From Fibrobacteria bacterium (GTDB taxonomy: Bacteria > Fibrobacterota > Chitinivibrionia > Chitinivibrionales > FEN-1185), in contig JBBIGR010000005.1 in assembly GCA_037447435.1 (NCBI GenBank), positions 102,995 to 166,994 on the forward strand: a DNA stretch of 64,000 bases. Reading direction: 5' to 3'. The translations under genes were made by a program, and so were the position numbers. Shown in pieces: positions 50,484 through 59,914 of this stretch (position 1 is its first letter; each line of letters opens with the position of its first letter). The notes beneath the pieces were generated by a model. It saw only the letters and a list, made by a program, of their open reading frames with translations. It was not told the DNA's origin and did no database searches.

Positions 50484-50942
50484 ATGGACAAGTTTCGTCC
50501 CAATGTATGCATCGTTGTGAGGAAAACCGGTTCCAAACTCTTGCTGGTTTGCCATAGGAAAGGTTTTCCTCACAATATGGGATGGCAATTTCCGCAAGGA
50601 GGAATCCGTCACGGCAAAGATCTTGTATCGGAAATGAAGCGGGAATTAAAAGAAGAAATCGGCACGGATGATGTTTTACTAGTTAAAATATCGCCCAGAA
50701 CGTATTCTTATACGTTCCCGAGCGGCCTCAAGCGAAAAAACGATACGTATATCGGCCAGGTTCAAAATTGGGTTCTTTCGGAGTTTTCAGGCACGGATTC
50801 GCTTATTAACTTTAACCGGCAACCTGCCGAATTTGATTCGTTTGAATGGGTCACGGCAAACAAGGTTCTGGATAGAATAGTGGATTTCAAGAAAAACGTT
50901 TATCTGGAAGCCATGAAAGACCTTGATCTCTTGGATATTTAA
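50484..50942 (+). CDS. rppH: RNA pyrophosphohydrolase (Nudix)
   Basis: 'FRPNV', 'WQFPQGGI', 'RELKEEIG', 'GQVQNW', 'EFD', 'IVDFKK.VY'. Confidence 0.9.
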   Translation: MDKFRPNVCIVVRKTGSKLLLVCHRKGFPHNMGWQFPQGGIRHGKDLVSEMKRELKEEIGTDDVLLVKISPRTYSYTFPSGLKRKNDTYIGQVQNWVLSEFSGTDSLINFNRQPAEFDSFEWVTANKVLDRIVDFKKNVYLEAMKDLDLLDI

Positions 50943-50981
50943 AAACTAAATCACAATAATCTTTTTCCACAAATCGTATTT

Positions 50982-51551
50982 ATGAATGAATTATCACAAG
51001 AAGAAGACCACGTTCTCTTTGACATTTGGATAAAAGGAGATACGAGAGGATTTTCCGCCTTATACGATCGCTACAAAAACCGGGTTTTCGGTTTTTTAGT
51101 GAGAATGACTAACGATAGGGAAATTGCGGAAGATCTGTTACAAGATACCTTTTTGGCAGCAATGCGAAATGCCCAACAATTCGACAGACAAAGGAATTTT
51201 CTTAGTTGGATTTTCGGAATTGCCCATAAACGGACCATCGATTACTTTAGGCATGTCAAAGTTGAAAACGAGCATCTTGACGATACGGACAGATCACTTG
51301 GCAAGGGTCCTCTTCTTCCCGACGATATGATGTCGGGTAAGTATTTGAATTCAGTACTGAACGATGCGGTGAATTCTCTTGAACCAATGCAACGTGAAGT
51401 GTTTCTGCTCAGAGAACTGGGTGATGTGCCGTTTAAAGATATAGCCCATATGATGAATTGTCCGATCAATACCGCGCTTGGCAGGATGCGGTTGGCACTT
51501 AAGAATATCCGCAGGGAATTAAAGAAAAGGGGTGTACATGGACTGCAATAA
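50982..51551 (+). CDS. ECF sigma factor
   Basis: 'AEDLLQDTFL', 'FLSWIFGIAH', region 4 'FKDIAHMMNCPINTALGRM'. Confidence 0.93.
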   Translation: MNELSQEEDHVLFDIWIKGDTRGFSALYDRYKNRVFGFLVRMTNDREIAEDLLQDTFLAAMRNAQQFDRQRNFLSWIFGIAHKRTIDYFRHVKVENEHLDDTDRSLGKGPLLPDDMMSGKYLNSVLNDAVNSLEPMQREVFLLRELGDVPFKDIAHMMNCPINTALGRMRLALKNIRRELKKRGVHGLQ

Positions 51552-52095
51552 TTGGGAAACAACGGGTTTGTTGTACGTAGCAAAAGAACTCGATAAAAAA
51601 CAAGCGTCTTTATATCAGCAGCATTGCACCGTATGCGCGTTTTGCGCGCAAGAAGTCGCACAATACGAATCGGACAAAAACCTTTATTTTTCCTCTTCTC
51701 TCTTAAGCGTATCGACCACAGCGGCTCTCGACGAGAAAGTCCTGTCGCTTTGCACATCGGTTAAGCCGACCTCGATCGGCATGCTCTCATCGGTCTGGAT
51801 TAAACGCATTGTTTTTTCGGCCCTTGTTTTTGCGTTCGGCGCCGGAGCGGGCGGCTATTTCTCTTTTGCCTATTATCATTCAAAATCCGCAGCGTCTGTT
51901 GCAGCGGCAAAAAGCCCGACAACCCCGCAAACAACGGTCTTGTCCGCAACCCAAAACCGGCAAACGCAACCAGGTCTCGACTCTTCGAAATCGGATGGGA
52001 ATACGACGTCGGTATTGCAAAAAAGCGTTCGTACTCCTCTGACAGGACATTCGGCACCACAGGGAATCATTACCGTTGATCTAAAAAAAGAATAA
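51538..52095 (+). CDS. Zinc-binding anti-sigma factor
   Basis: HxxxCxxC ('HCTVCAFC'), one TM helix, low-complexity tail; overlaps the sigma gene. Confidence 0.85.
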   Translation: MDCNNWETTGLLYVAKELDKKQASLYQQHCTVCAFCAQEVAQYESDKNLYFSSSLLSVSTTAALDEKVLSLCTSVKPTSIGMLSSVWIKRIVFSALVFAFGAGAGGYFSFAYYHSKSAASVAAAKSPTTPQTTVLSATQNRQTQPGLDSSKSDGNTTSVLQKSVRTPLTGHSAPQGIITVDLKKE

Positions 52096-52153
52096 ATTAC
52101 AAAAAAAACGCGGTTTTCTTTGAACTCTCGCAGAGTAATTTACGTAAATTCGG

Positions 52154-52813
52154 TCAGGTTTCCGGGGAAATAACCGGGGTTTTAAAAACGCTTTTCGCTA
52201 TTTCGTCAATTTTTTTCCTGTTCACGATGATCGCTTTTCCTTTTTCAAAACGAAGCAAATCCTGTTTTTGCAAGCTTTCAAATGCGGCAATGGCGTCCGA
52301 ATATTTGATGTTTAAAAGGTCCACGACTTCGTTTTCCAATACCTTATTCCCTATTTCATACATTCCGTTTTCCAACATTTTGCAATCGTCTCGGTAGCTT
52401 ATCAACGCAATTGCCGCTGCGACATGCCCTACTTTATCGGTTTCCATGTTTCTATCGATTTTTGCATCCGCCTCACGCAATCGATGGGCAAGAATGGAGG
52501 CGATTCTTTGAAACCAATCGGGAATTTTCGACGACAGAGCGGCAAAATCTTCTTCGGAAATTAAAAATACTTCAGTATCTTCCAACGCGACAACGGATGC
52601 GCTCCGCCTCCCGCCGTCTATTATCGCAATTTCACCGACAATGCCGCCCGCTCCGATGACGTCCAAATCGATTTCGACGCCGCCCTCGTGTTTGTAAACC
52701 CTTACCTTGCCCGATTTGACAATATATAAGTCTTTCGAATCGTCGTTCTGTTTAAAAAGGAAATCACCTTTTTTACAAACCATTACTTTTTGGAATTTCA
52801 TTTGATCGTTCAT
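52154..52813 (-). CDS. Crp/Fnr-family cNMP-binding regulator
   Basis: 'IVGEIAIIDGGRRSAS' cNMP domain and a C-terminal winged-helix-like region. Confidence 0.85.
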   Translation of the reverse strand: MNDQMKFQKVMVCKKGDFLFKQNDDSKDLYIVKSGKVRVYKHEGGVEIDLDVIGAGGIVGEIAIIDGGRRSASVVALEDTEVFLISEEDFAALSSKIPDWFQRIASILAHRLREADAKIDRNMETDKVGHVAAAIALISYRDDCKMLENGMYEIGNKVLENEVVDLLNIKYSDAIAAFESLQKQDLLRFEKGKAIIVNRKKIDEIAKSVFKTPVISPET

Positions 52814-52878
52814 AGGCGGTTTCTCTGATGTCCGGTGACAAACCCCGGGCGACAACGAATATCAGCGCAAACGGGAGT

Positions 52879-53385
52879 TCAATGATTTGCCCATACCTTG
52901 GACCGGACGACCCAGGCATCGGCGTATCCGAGATCTTTGAGCTTTGTAACGGCGGCATCGGCGTCGTTTCTTTTTATAAAATCCCCCGCAACCAATTTGT
53001 AATACGGCGGAGTCACGATAATATAAAGCGGGTAATTGACTTTTTCTTCAAGCGTTTTTTGTTCGGCGCGTATGCGATCGATTTGACTGGAAGCAATTAC
53101 CTGCACGCGAAAACCGTTCGGTACTTCGACTTTGCCCGCAGGAATTTGGGCGGTCGTCGTTGTTTCGGCCATGAGCGGAGAAAAGTCCTTTTCCGATATC
53201 GTCAGTTCTCTGCCCCTGTTGAGCGTATCGAGAATCGTTTCCGTAACAAAAGCGCCTTTATCGTTCATCGCATAGGTCTTGGACGAGGAATCGTCTTCCT
53301 TGATCCGTTTCGACATTGCATAATTGGAATTGAGCAACACGAGGAACATCGTAATACAAGTCAATCTGAACAGCCTGCTTATCAT
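52879..53385 (-). CDS. SPOR domain protein
   Basis: Signal peptide; 'GFRVQV', 'YYKLVAGDF', 'GYADAWVV'. Confidence 0.88.
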   Translation of the reverse strand: MISRLFRLTCITMFLVLLNSNYAMSKRIKEDDSSSKTYAMNDKGAFVTETILDTLNRGRELTISEKDFSPLMAETTTTAQIPAGKVEVPNGFRVQVIASSQIDRIRAEQKTLEEKVNYPLYIIVTPPYYKLVAGDFIKRNDADAAVTKLKDLGYADAWVVRSKVWANH

Positions 53386-53694
53386 GATACTCCTTTTCAC
53401 GGGACTCAAACAGGGAGCCCTGTCCTTTGGCTGAAACGGGAATGCCCCTGTTTAATTAACATTACTTATAAACCGCTTGGTACCTGTTTACAATTTTACC
53501 ATAAACCGATAATTTTTGCCAAACAATCTGTATTAATAATAAATCGGTCTTAAATACAAGTCAATCACAAAGAGCGCAACGGCGGTGTTTTTAATCGCCT
53601 TGAAAATTCCACTGTAATAACGGTAAGATAAACATACGGCTTTCCCCGTAAAGTTATACGTTTTTTGCACAGGCTGAAAGTAATTTAATACCAT

Positions 53695-54747
53695 ATGGCA
53701 ACCATTCATGAATTGCTGAAACAAATGTTGGACTTATTCGCATCGGATCTGCATTTGACCGCAGGTGCGCCTCCGATGTTCCGCATCGACGGTAAACTCG
53801 TACCGATGAGCGCCGAAAAACTGGCGGCAGACCAAATTCTGAAGCTCGCCTATAGCGTCATGAATGAGCAGCAAAAGAAAATTTTTGAACAAAAAAAGGA
53901 AGTGGATTTTTCCTTCGGCGTTCAAAATCTTTCCCGTTTCAGGGCAAACGTATTCCTGCAGCGCGGATGCACCGCTGCGGTATTGCGGCAAATCCCCTAT
54001 CTGATTCAACCGCTCGAAAAACTCGGATTGCCGCCGATTGTCGGAAAACTCGCGGAAAAACCAAACGGTTTGGTCCTTATAACCGGTCCTACCGGCAGCG
54101 GAAAAAGTACGACATTGGCAGCAATTGTCGATAAAATAAATTTGGAGTTCGAAGGACATATCCTCACCGTGGAAGACCCGATCGAATTTGTCCATCAGCA
54201 TAAAAAATGTATTATAAATCAACGAGAGGTACGCCAGGATTCCGACACGTTTTCCTCGGCGCTGCGCGTTGCGTTGCGTCAAGACCCCGACGTCGTTTTG
54301 GTCGGTGAAATGAGGGACTTGGAAACCATTTCGGCGGCCCTTTCCATAGCCGAGACCGGCCACTTGACACTTGCAACACTTCATACCAACTCGGCGGCAA
54401 AGTCGGTAAACCGTATCATCGACGTTTTCCCTTCGGAGCAAAAATCAACGGTCCGCGCGCAACTTGCCATGGTTTTGGAAGGGATAGTGAGTCAGGCGCT
54501 CATTCCCCGTATCGGCGGAGGCAGAATAGTCGCATCCGAAGTGATGATTGCGAATACGGCGGTCCGCTCGCTTATCAGAGACGATAAAGTTCATCAATTG
54601 CAAGGGATAATCGAGATAGGCCAAAAGTACGGCATGCAGACGATGAACCAGGACCTTTCGAGATTATATCATAAAGGACTGATTTCGATGAAAGATGCCC
54701 TGGGACGCAGTAACGATCCCGAGGGCCTGCAAAAGCTTCTCGTGTAA
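53695..54747 (+). CDS. pilT: Type IV pilus retraction ATPase PilT
   Basis: 'ASDLHL', 'GPTGSGKSTT', 'EDPIE', 'LRQDPD', 'ETGHL', 'AVRSLIRD', 'GMQT'. Confidence 0.96.
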   Translation: MATIHELLKQMLDLFASDLHLTAGAPPMFRIDGKLVPMSAEKLAADQILKLAYSVMNEQQKKIFEQKKEVDFSFGVQNLSRFRANVFLQRGCTAAVLRQIPYLIQPLEKLGLPPIVGKLAEKPNGLVLITGPTGSGKSTTLAAIVDKINLEFEGHILTVEDPIEFVHQHKKCIINQREVRQDSDTFSSALRVALRQDPDVVLVGEMRDLETISAALSIAETGHLTLATLHTNSAAKSVNRIIDVFPSEQKSTVRAQLAMVLEGIVSQALIPRIGGGRIVASEVMIANTAVRSLIRDDKVHQLQGIIEIGQKYGMQTMNQDLSRLYHKGLISMKDALGRSNDPEGLQKLLV

Positions 54748-54798
54748 AGAACGACCGCGGCGGCTTTTGCACGAATAAACAATATAGCGGAGAAAACA

Positions 54799-55998
54799 AT
54801 GCCGAAATTTACGTATATAGGTATCACGGCAAACGGCAAACAGGTTAAAGGCGAAATCCAGGCTGCCAATAAGAACGAAGTGATAAGCTTGCTTCGCAAG
54901 AAAAAGGTGCGCGCCCAAACGATAAAAGCGAAACCGATAACCATCGGGTTTCAATTCGTTTCATCGATAAAATTACAGGAAATAAGCCGTTTTACCCGTC
55001 AATTGGCGGCAATGACATCCGCCGGTCTGCCGCTGGTCCAATGTCTTGACATTTTAGTTACGCAAACCGAAAACAAATCCTTTTCGCAAAAAATCCAGCA
55101 GATATCGTCGGATATACAGGTAGGAAGCACCCTTGCCGACTCCATGGCAAAGCACCCCAGCGTGTTTAACAGCTTGTATTGCAACATGGTTTCCGCGGGT
55201 GAAGCATCGGGAAATTTGGACGGCGTGCTCAATCGCGTCGCCGAATATCAGGAAAAAGCCGAACAATTGCGACGCAAGATCACCGGCGCCATGACCTACC
55301 CCGCAATCGTGACCCTGGTCGCGGTGCTCGTCACCGGCGTCATGTTGACGTTCATCGTCCCGACTTTTGCGCAGATGTTCATTGACTTGGGAGGAGAATT
55401 GCCGTTGCCCACTCGCATCGTTATGGCGATTTCCAATTTCTTCCGTGCAAACCTGATTTATATATTTATCGGAATAGTCGGTGCGATTGTCGGATACATT
55501 GCCTACGACCGGACCGAGAACGGGAAATACAATATCGACAATGCCAAACTGCATATCCCGATATTGGGAGATTTGGTCCGCAAAAGTTCCGTGAGCCGTT
55601 TTTCGCAAACATTGTCCACTTTGCTAACCAGCGGCGTGACCATTCTGGATGCGCTGAGCATTACGGCAAAGACAGCGGGAAATAAAGTGTTGGAAAAAGG
55701 TCTTTTTCGAACATTGGAAAGGATTTCCGGCGGACTTTCGATTGCCGAACCGTTAAAAGACACCGGCGTTTTTCCTCCCATGGTCATTCAAATGATAGCG
55801 GTTGGCGAAAAAACCGGAGATTTGTCCGGAATGCTTTCGAAAATCTCTGAATTTTATAAGGAAGAAGTTGATGCGGCTGTCGACGCCTTAACATCAATTA
55901 TCGAACCCATAATGATAGTCATTTTAGGTATCGTCATCGGCGGTATCCTTATTGCAATGTATCTGCCTATATTCAATATGATCGGCGCAATCGGTTGA
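54799..55998 (+). CDS. pilC: Type IV pilus platform protein PilC (GspF family)
   Basis: 'FTRQLA', 'GEASGNL', 'AMTYP', 'GEKTG', 'IIEP', 'AMYLPIF'. Confidence 0.95.
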   Translation: MPKFTYIGITANGKQVKGEIQAANKNEVISLLRKKKVRAQTIKAKPITIGFQFVSSIKLQEISRFTRQLAAMTSAGLPLVQCLDILVTQTENKSFSQKIQQISSDIQVGSTLADSMAKHPSVFNSLYCNMVSAGEASGNLDGVLNRVAEYQEKAEQLRRKITGAMTYPAIVTLVAVLVTGVMLTFIVPTFAQMFIDLGGELPLPTRIVMAISNFFRANLIYIFIGIVGAIVGYIAYDRTENGKYNIDNAKLHIPILGDLVRKSSVSRFSQTLSTLLTSGVTILDALSITAKTAGNKVLEKGLFRTLERISGGLSIAEPLKDTGVFPPMVIQMIAVGEKTGDLSGMLSKISEFYKEEVDAAVDALTSIIEPIMIVILGIVIGGILIAMYLPIFNMIGAIG

Positions 55999-56040
55999 TC
56001 GGGCAGCCTTAAAAACTTTAATTTATATTTAAAATAAAAT

Positions 56041-56067
56041 TAAAGTTTTAGTTGAATATGCCGAAAT
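56041..56067 (+). promoter_or_regulatory. Sigma28 promoter of flgM
   Basis: TAAAGTTT-N11-GCCGAAAT, i.e. TAAA-N15-GCCGA, the canonical FliA spacing. Confidence 0.8.
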
Positions 56068-56099
56068 AGTATAATAGGAATCGAAAGGTGGTAAATAAA

Positions 56100-56417
56100 A
56101 TGAGGATCAGTGCAATACGCGATTTACTCAGCCCTGAATTTAAAAAGGTTGAGAACGCAAAAAAAGCTGAACCCGCAAAATCAAAAAGCCCTGCCTCGGC
56201 CGACCGGACCGACTTATCGTCGAGCGGTCAACGTCTGAGCGAAACAAAGGCCCAAGTGAGCCTTATAGCCACCCAGCTGTCTTCACAACCGGATGTCCGC
56301 ACCGAAAAGATCAATGAAGCCAGACAAAAAATCCAGGATGGCTACTATAATACTCCGGAATTTGTCGACAAACTCGCCGACAAACTTGCCCAGGAATTCG
56401 GCGCAAAGAAATCCTGA
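56100..56417 (+). CDS. flgM: Anti-sigma28 factor FlgM
   Basis: 'DRTDLS', 'DVRTEKINEARQKIQDGYY', 'LADKL'; ATG 56100 after AAGGTGG (GTG 56088 is an alternative). Confidence 0.88.
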   Translation: MRISAIRDLLSPEFKKVENAKKAEPAKSKSPASADRTDLSSSGQRLSETKAQVSLIATQLSSQPDVRTEKINEARQKIQDGYYNTPEFVDKLADKLAQEFGAKKS

Positions 56418-56441
56418 TTTCCCTGAATTATTTTCCTTCGT

Positions 56442-56930
56442 ATGAAACTAATTGATAATTCCGTCGTAATGGATTTATTGGGAAAAGCGCATGCCTCGCC
56501 CAGAAAACGGGCGCATCTGAATTTACACGATGATTTAAACGATCCGACACAGCGCCTTTTCGTGGCAATCGAACCCCAATCGTATATTCGCCCCCATCGG
56601 CATCGCTTACCGCCCAAATGGGAATGCTTTTTCGTTTTCAGGGGTTCCGCGTCAATGTTGACCTTTGATGATTATGGCAAAGTAACGGGGCGTGCCGATC
56701 TTTCAGTTGAAAGGGATTCGCTTGCCGCAGAAATCCCTGCGGGAATTTGGCATACGCTCGTTGCCACCAGCCCCGACACCGTACTAGTAGAATTAAAACC
56801 CGGCCCTTATGCACCATTAAACCAAGAAGATTTTTGCCAATGGGCACCTGTCGAAAACACGATGCCTTGCGCAGAATTCGTTCCATGGTTTGCAAGCGCA
56901 ACAATCGGCGACTTGCCACCCGTTTTATAA
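56442..56930 (+). CDS. WbuC family cupin-fold metalloprotein
   Basis: 'SPRKRAHLNLH', 'YIRPHRH', 'WHTL', 'ELKPGPY', 'WAP'. Confidence 0.9.
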   Translation: MKLIDNSVVMDLLGKAHASPRKRAHLNLHDDLNDPTQRLFVAIEPQSYIRPHRHRLPPKWECFFVFRGSASMLTFDDYGKVTGRADLSVERDSLAAEIPAGIWHTLVATSPDTVLVELKPGPYAPLNQEDFCQWAPVENTMPCAEFVPWFASATIGDLPPVL

Positions 56931-58286
56931 TTTGATTTTCATCGTTGCGTTTACCGGACCCGCTATTTTTACCGAATAGACTCCCGGGCTCAGCTTTTTG
57001 TCTATAGAAAGCACATTGTCGCCAACGGCGAACTCTTTTTCGACTTTATCAACAGCGTATTTTCCATTCATGGTATAAAATTTCAAAGTAAATTTCCCCG
57101 CAACGGAAGAATTGAAATGCACTGTCCCGTCTATGGTTTTCCGCAATCCCACTCTCGTATCGGTCTTTAAACGAACATTCGCAGTAGTCGACACTGCGCT
57201 GCCGAGTGCGACGGGATGGCGAATCCAATCAAGGACGTCTTTATACGAAACAATCCGAATGTCTTTGTTTAAAGACAAGGCGTAATTGATGAAGTCTTCA
57301 ACAGCCGCGCGCCTGTTCTGCCATGTCTCGGTAGCGCCCTGGCTCGGATCGTTGGCAACGGTGTTGTACTGCGAATAATAATCCGAATGCATGCCGATGA
57401 GAAACGGCGCCCGGTTATGCGCGAGCCTGTTATCGAGAGTCAATTTAAGGCAGCGTTCGAATTCCGCTTTGTTGTCATGCTTGGAAACCCACATGTTCCA
57501 ATCCAGACCGGTCACCGCATTCCAGGTCGTATCCGTCATGATTTCATACACCGGCATTTCCCACAGACCGGGAGCGGCTTTAAACGACGGGTCGCGCACG
57601 TAACTGGACGGCGCCTGTCCCTTATCGAGCGTATACGGCCAAACGTAACGCGGATTGTACGGATCGGTCACCTGGTCCTTGAAATGTTCGATGCTGCAAT
57701 CGTAAAGGAACCCGTGATCGACTTCCGATTGCATGGATTCTTTTGTAAACATCAAAAACGGCGTGCGGAAGCCGACGATGTTTGCGCGCGGAATTCCGAT
57801 TTTGTTAACCAGGATGTCGATGCATGTATTGTTCTCCCAATCCCAAACAGCCTGCGAATGGTTCAATTCCAATTCATCGGCATGGGTATGCGTATGGTCG
57901 CCCACGTCGTTTCCGTCGGTATATAAGCGCTTCCATGCGGCAATGACGTCCGTTTCCCTGAATTCGGTGCCGTCGCCTGCCATAAGGGAATCGGTGCAAA
58001 ACCCGGTTGTGATGAAAAACGACGCATGCAAGGTCGTATTGTCATAGGTTGCGGGGTTGCCGTTTCCCGCAGGGTTCTTTTTCGATTTTAAAAAATCGGC
58101 GGCCCAGTTTATCCCGTCGGGATATCCGTTATCATCAAAGCCGAACGAAATAAACTGCGGGCATTGGGCGGGAGCCAGGCCGCCGGGAGGGTTCACCGTT
58201 GGCGAAACATTATCCGCAGCATAAATAGGAAATATCAGAAAAGTATTTAACACTAAAATTTTAATTTTTTTAAATTTGATCCCCAG
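56925..58286 (-). CDS. Secreted CE4 polysaccharide (chitin) deacetylase with T9SS-like tail; probable CTG start
   Basis: 'FGFDD', 'HTHTH', 'GFRTPFL', 'LYDCS', 'LWEMP', 'IGMH'; tail 'FYTMNGK..SPGVYSVKI'. The ORF is open from ATG 58343, but the signal peptide begins at CTG 58286. Confidence 0.85.
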   Translation of the reverse strand: MGIKFKKIKILVLNTFLIFPIYAADNVSPTVNPPGGLAPAQCPQFISFGFDDNGYPDGINWAADFLKSKKNPAGNGNPATYDNTTLHASFFITTGFCTDSLMAGDGTEFRETDVIAAWKRLYTDGNDVGDHTHTHADELELNHSQAVWDWENNTCIDILVNKIGIPRANIVGFRTPFLMFTKESMQSEVDHGFLYDCSIEHFKDQVTDPYNPRYVWPYTLDKGQAPSSYVRDPSFKAAPGLWEMPVYEIMTDTTWNAVTGLDWNMWVSKHDNKAEFERCLKLTLDNRLAHNRAPFLIGMHSDYYSQYNTVANDPSQGATETWQNRRAAVEDFINYALSLNKDIRIVSYKDVLDWIRHPVALGSAVSTTANVRLKTDTRVGLRKTIDGTVHFNSSVAGKFTLKFYTMNGKYAVDKVEKEFAVGDNVLSIDKKLSPGVYSVKIAGPVNATMKIKL

Positions 58287-58435
58287 GTTACTTAACCCCT
58301 TAAAATTAAAAGTATAGCAATAATGGCCAATGAATTGCCCCATTACATTATTTGCATTGAATTTTCCATAGCATCACCTTTATAATATACAGCCGATCAA
58401 GTATTTTAAAGCATTAGATTGTAAAAAAATATACT

Positions 58436-59671
58436 ATGACCACAAAGTCCTCCCCTAAAACTTCGGCCTATTTAAAGTCGCTCTATTTTCTTTTCTTCAT
58501 AGGCATGGGGTCAAGCGCCCCGTTTGCCAGCATTTTCCTCAAACGCGTACTTGTCAACGAGCACGGCGCGCCGGCAATCGAGCTCATGGGAATCATTTAT
58601 ACGATATTGCCCTTTATCGGCATCGTCGCGAGTATCGCAGCTGGTTTTGTTGCCGACAAATTCCATTTGGGCCGGAAAATAATAGCGGTCAATTGCATCA
58701 TAGCCGCGATATCGGCGATTCTGATCGGTCAAAGTGCCGAACCCTGGACGATTGCCTGGACCCTGCAGCAACGGTTCGTCTTCCTCCTGTTGCTGCTGCT
58801 CTTATATGGATTCGGCATCGGGCCCATCCACGGGCTGTTGGATGCGGAGACCTTGCATTTTTTGAACTCTCATAATGCAAGAGAACGGTATGGAACGTAT
58901 CGGCTGTGGGGCACATACGGCTGGTTCGTATCGACCATCATCATGGGCGCATTGCTGACGCAATTCAACAACCTCGGTTTCGTGTATTACGGCGCGGCAT
59001 TCGGTTGTTTTTTACTCGGCATCGGAACGCTGTTCGGCATGTCGTCTACCTCACTGCCTAAACTGGAAAAAATTCCGCTCGGCCATCTTAAAAACAATAA
59101 GAAATTCCAGATCTTTCTCGTCTTCATATTCATCTACGGATTGATTTATAATACTACCACCAATTACCTGGGATATTTTTTCGACGATATCATGAAATCG
59201 TATTGGCAGATCGGCCTTATTTTCGGTACGTGGACGATTTTTGAAATCCCGGTCATGTTATATTCGCATAAATTCATGAAAAAATTCGGCAACAGGACGC
59301 TTATTATTTCCGGCATGGCCTTTAATGCCGTGCGGCTCATCCTCTTTGCTTCGTTTACAATAAAAACTCCTTACCTGTATAAATTCCTCATCGCTTTATT
59401 GCAGGGCCCTGCGTTTGCACTCACCCACATCGGATTAATCGATTTTATCGACCGGTCGGCCCACGACAAAATGCGTGCCACCTATTTAAGTGTCGCCACA
59501 ATCGCCCAAAATACGCTTGGGGCTGCCGCAGGCGGAATAATGGGAAGCCAAATCATCAAATTCTTCGGCAGCGCGGCATTGCTTCAATTGAGCGGCATTG
59601 CAATCTTCGTATTGATATTTTTCTTCGTTTTTCTAGTGAAAAAAGAAGAAATAAGTTTGTCTGAACAATGA
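58436..59671 (+). CDS. MFS transporter (LacY/NHS-like, MFS_1_like)
   Basis: 'RERYGTYRLWGTYGW', 'FEIPVM', about 12 TM helices. Confidence 0.88.
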   Translation: MTTKSSPKTSAYLKSLYFLFFIGMGSSAPFASIFLKRVLVNEHGAPAIELMGIIYTILPFIGIVASIAAGFVADKFHLGRKIIAVNCIIAAISAILIGQSAEPWTIAWTLQQRFVFLLLLLLLYGFGIGPIHGLLDAETLHFLNSHNARERYGTYRLWGTYGWFVSTIIMGALLTQFNNLGFVYYGAAFGCFLLGIGTLFGMSSTSLPKLEKIPLGHLKNNKKFQIFLVFIFIYGLIYNTTTNYLGYFFDDIMKSYWQIGLIFGTWTIFEIPVMLYSHKFMKKFGNRTLIISGMAFNAVRLILFASFTIKTPYLYKFLIALLQGPAFALTHIGLIDFIDRSAHDKMRATYLSVATIAQNTLGAAAGGIMGSQIIKFFGSAALLQLSGIAIFVLIFFFVFLVKKEEISLSEQ

Positions 59672-59914
59672 TTTACCTGATTAAAAGATTGTCTTGATTA
59701 GAAAGCACGCGCTGGAATTTCATATTTGTGACGTGTTTTTCCCCTATTCCTCCCTGCCATTCCTACAGGCTATTATCAGATTTCACAATAATATTTGATA
59801 TTTTCATTTTATAGGTATATAATTTCCCTAAACTCGTTATCTTAAGTACCGAGATCTGAATTAGAGTTTATGACGCGATGAATGGTTTTTAATACTAATT
59901 TTTGGAGGATTTAA

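Noticed and set aside
50963..50971. Single TTTTCCACA DnaA-box match upstream of the ECF sigma gene
   Set aside because: An isolated degenerate 9-mer is expected by chance in 64 kb.
52828..53553. 241-aa plus-strand ORF
   Set aside because: Antisense shadow of the SPOR gene; no motifs.
53734..54441. 235-aa minus-strand ORF
   Set aside because: Antisense shadow of pilT.
58324..58338. Sigma54-like TGGCCAATGAATTGC upstream of the MFS gene
   Set aside because: GG-N10-GC spacing fits, but the conserved AC after TGGC is missing and there is no supporting activator evidence; could be chance.
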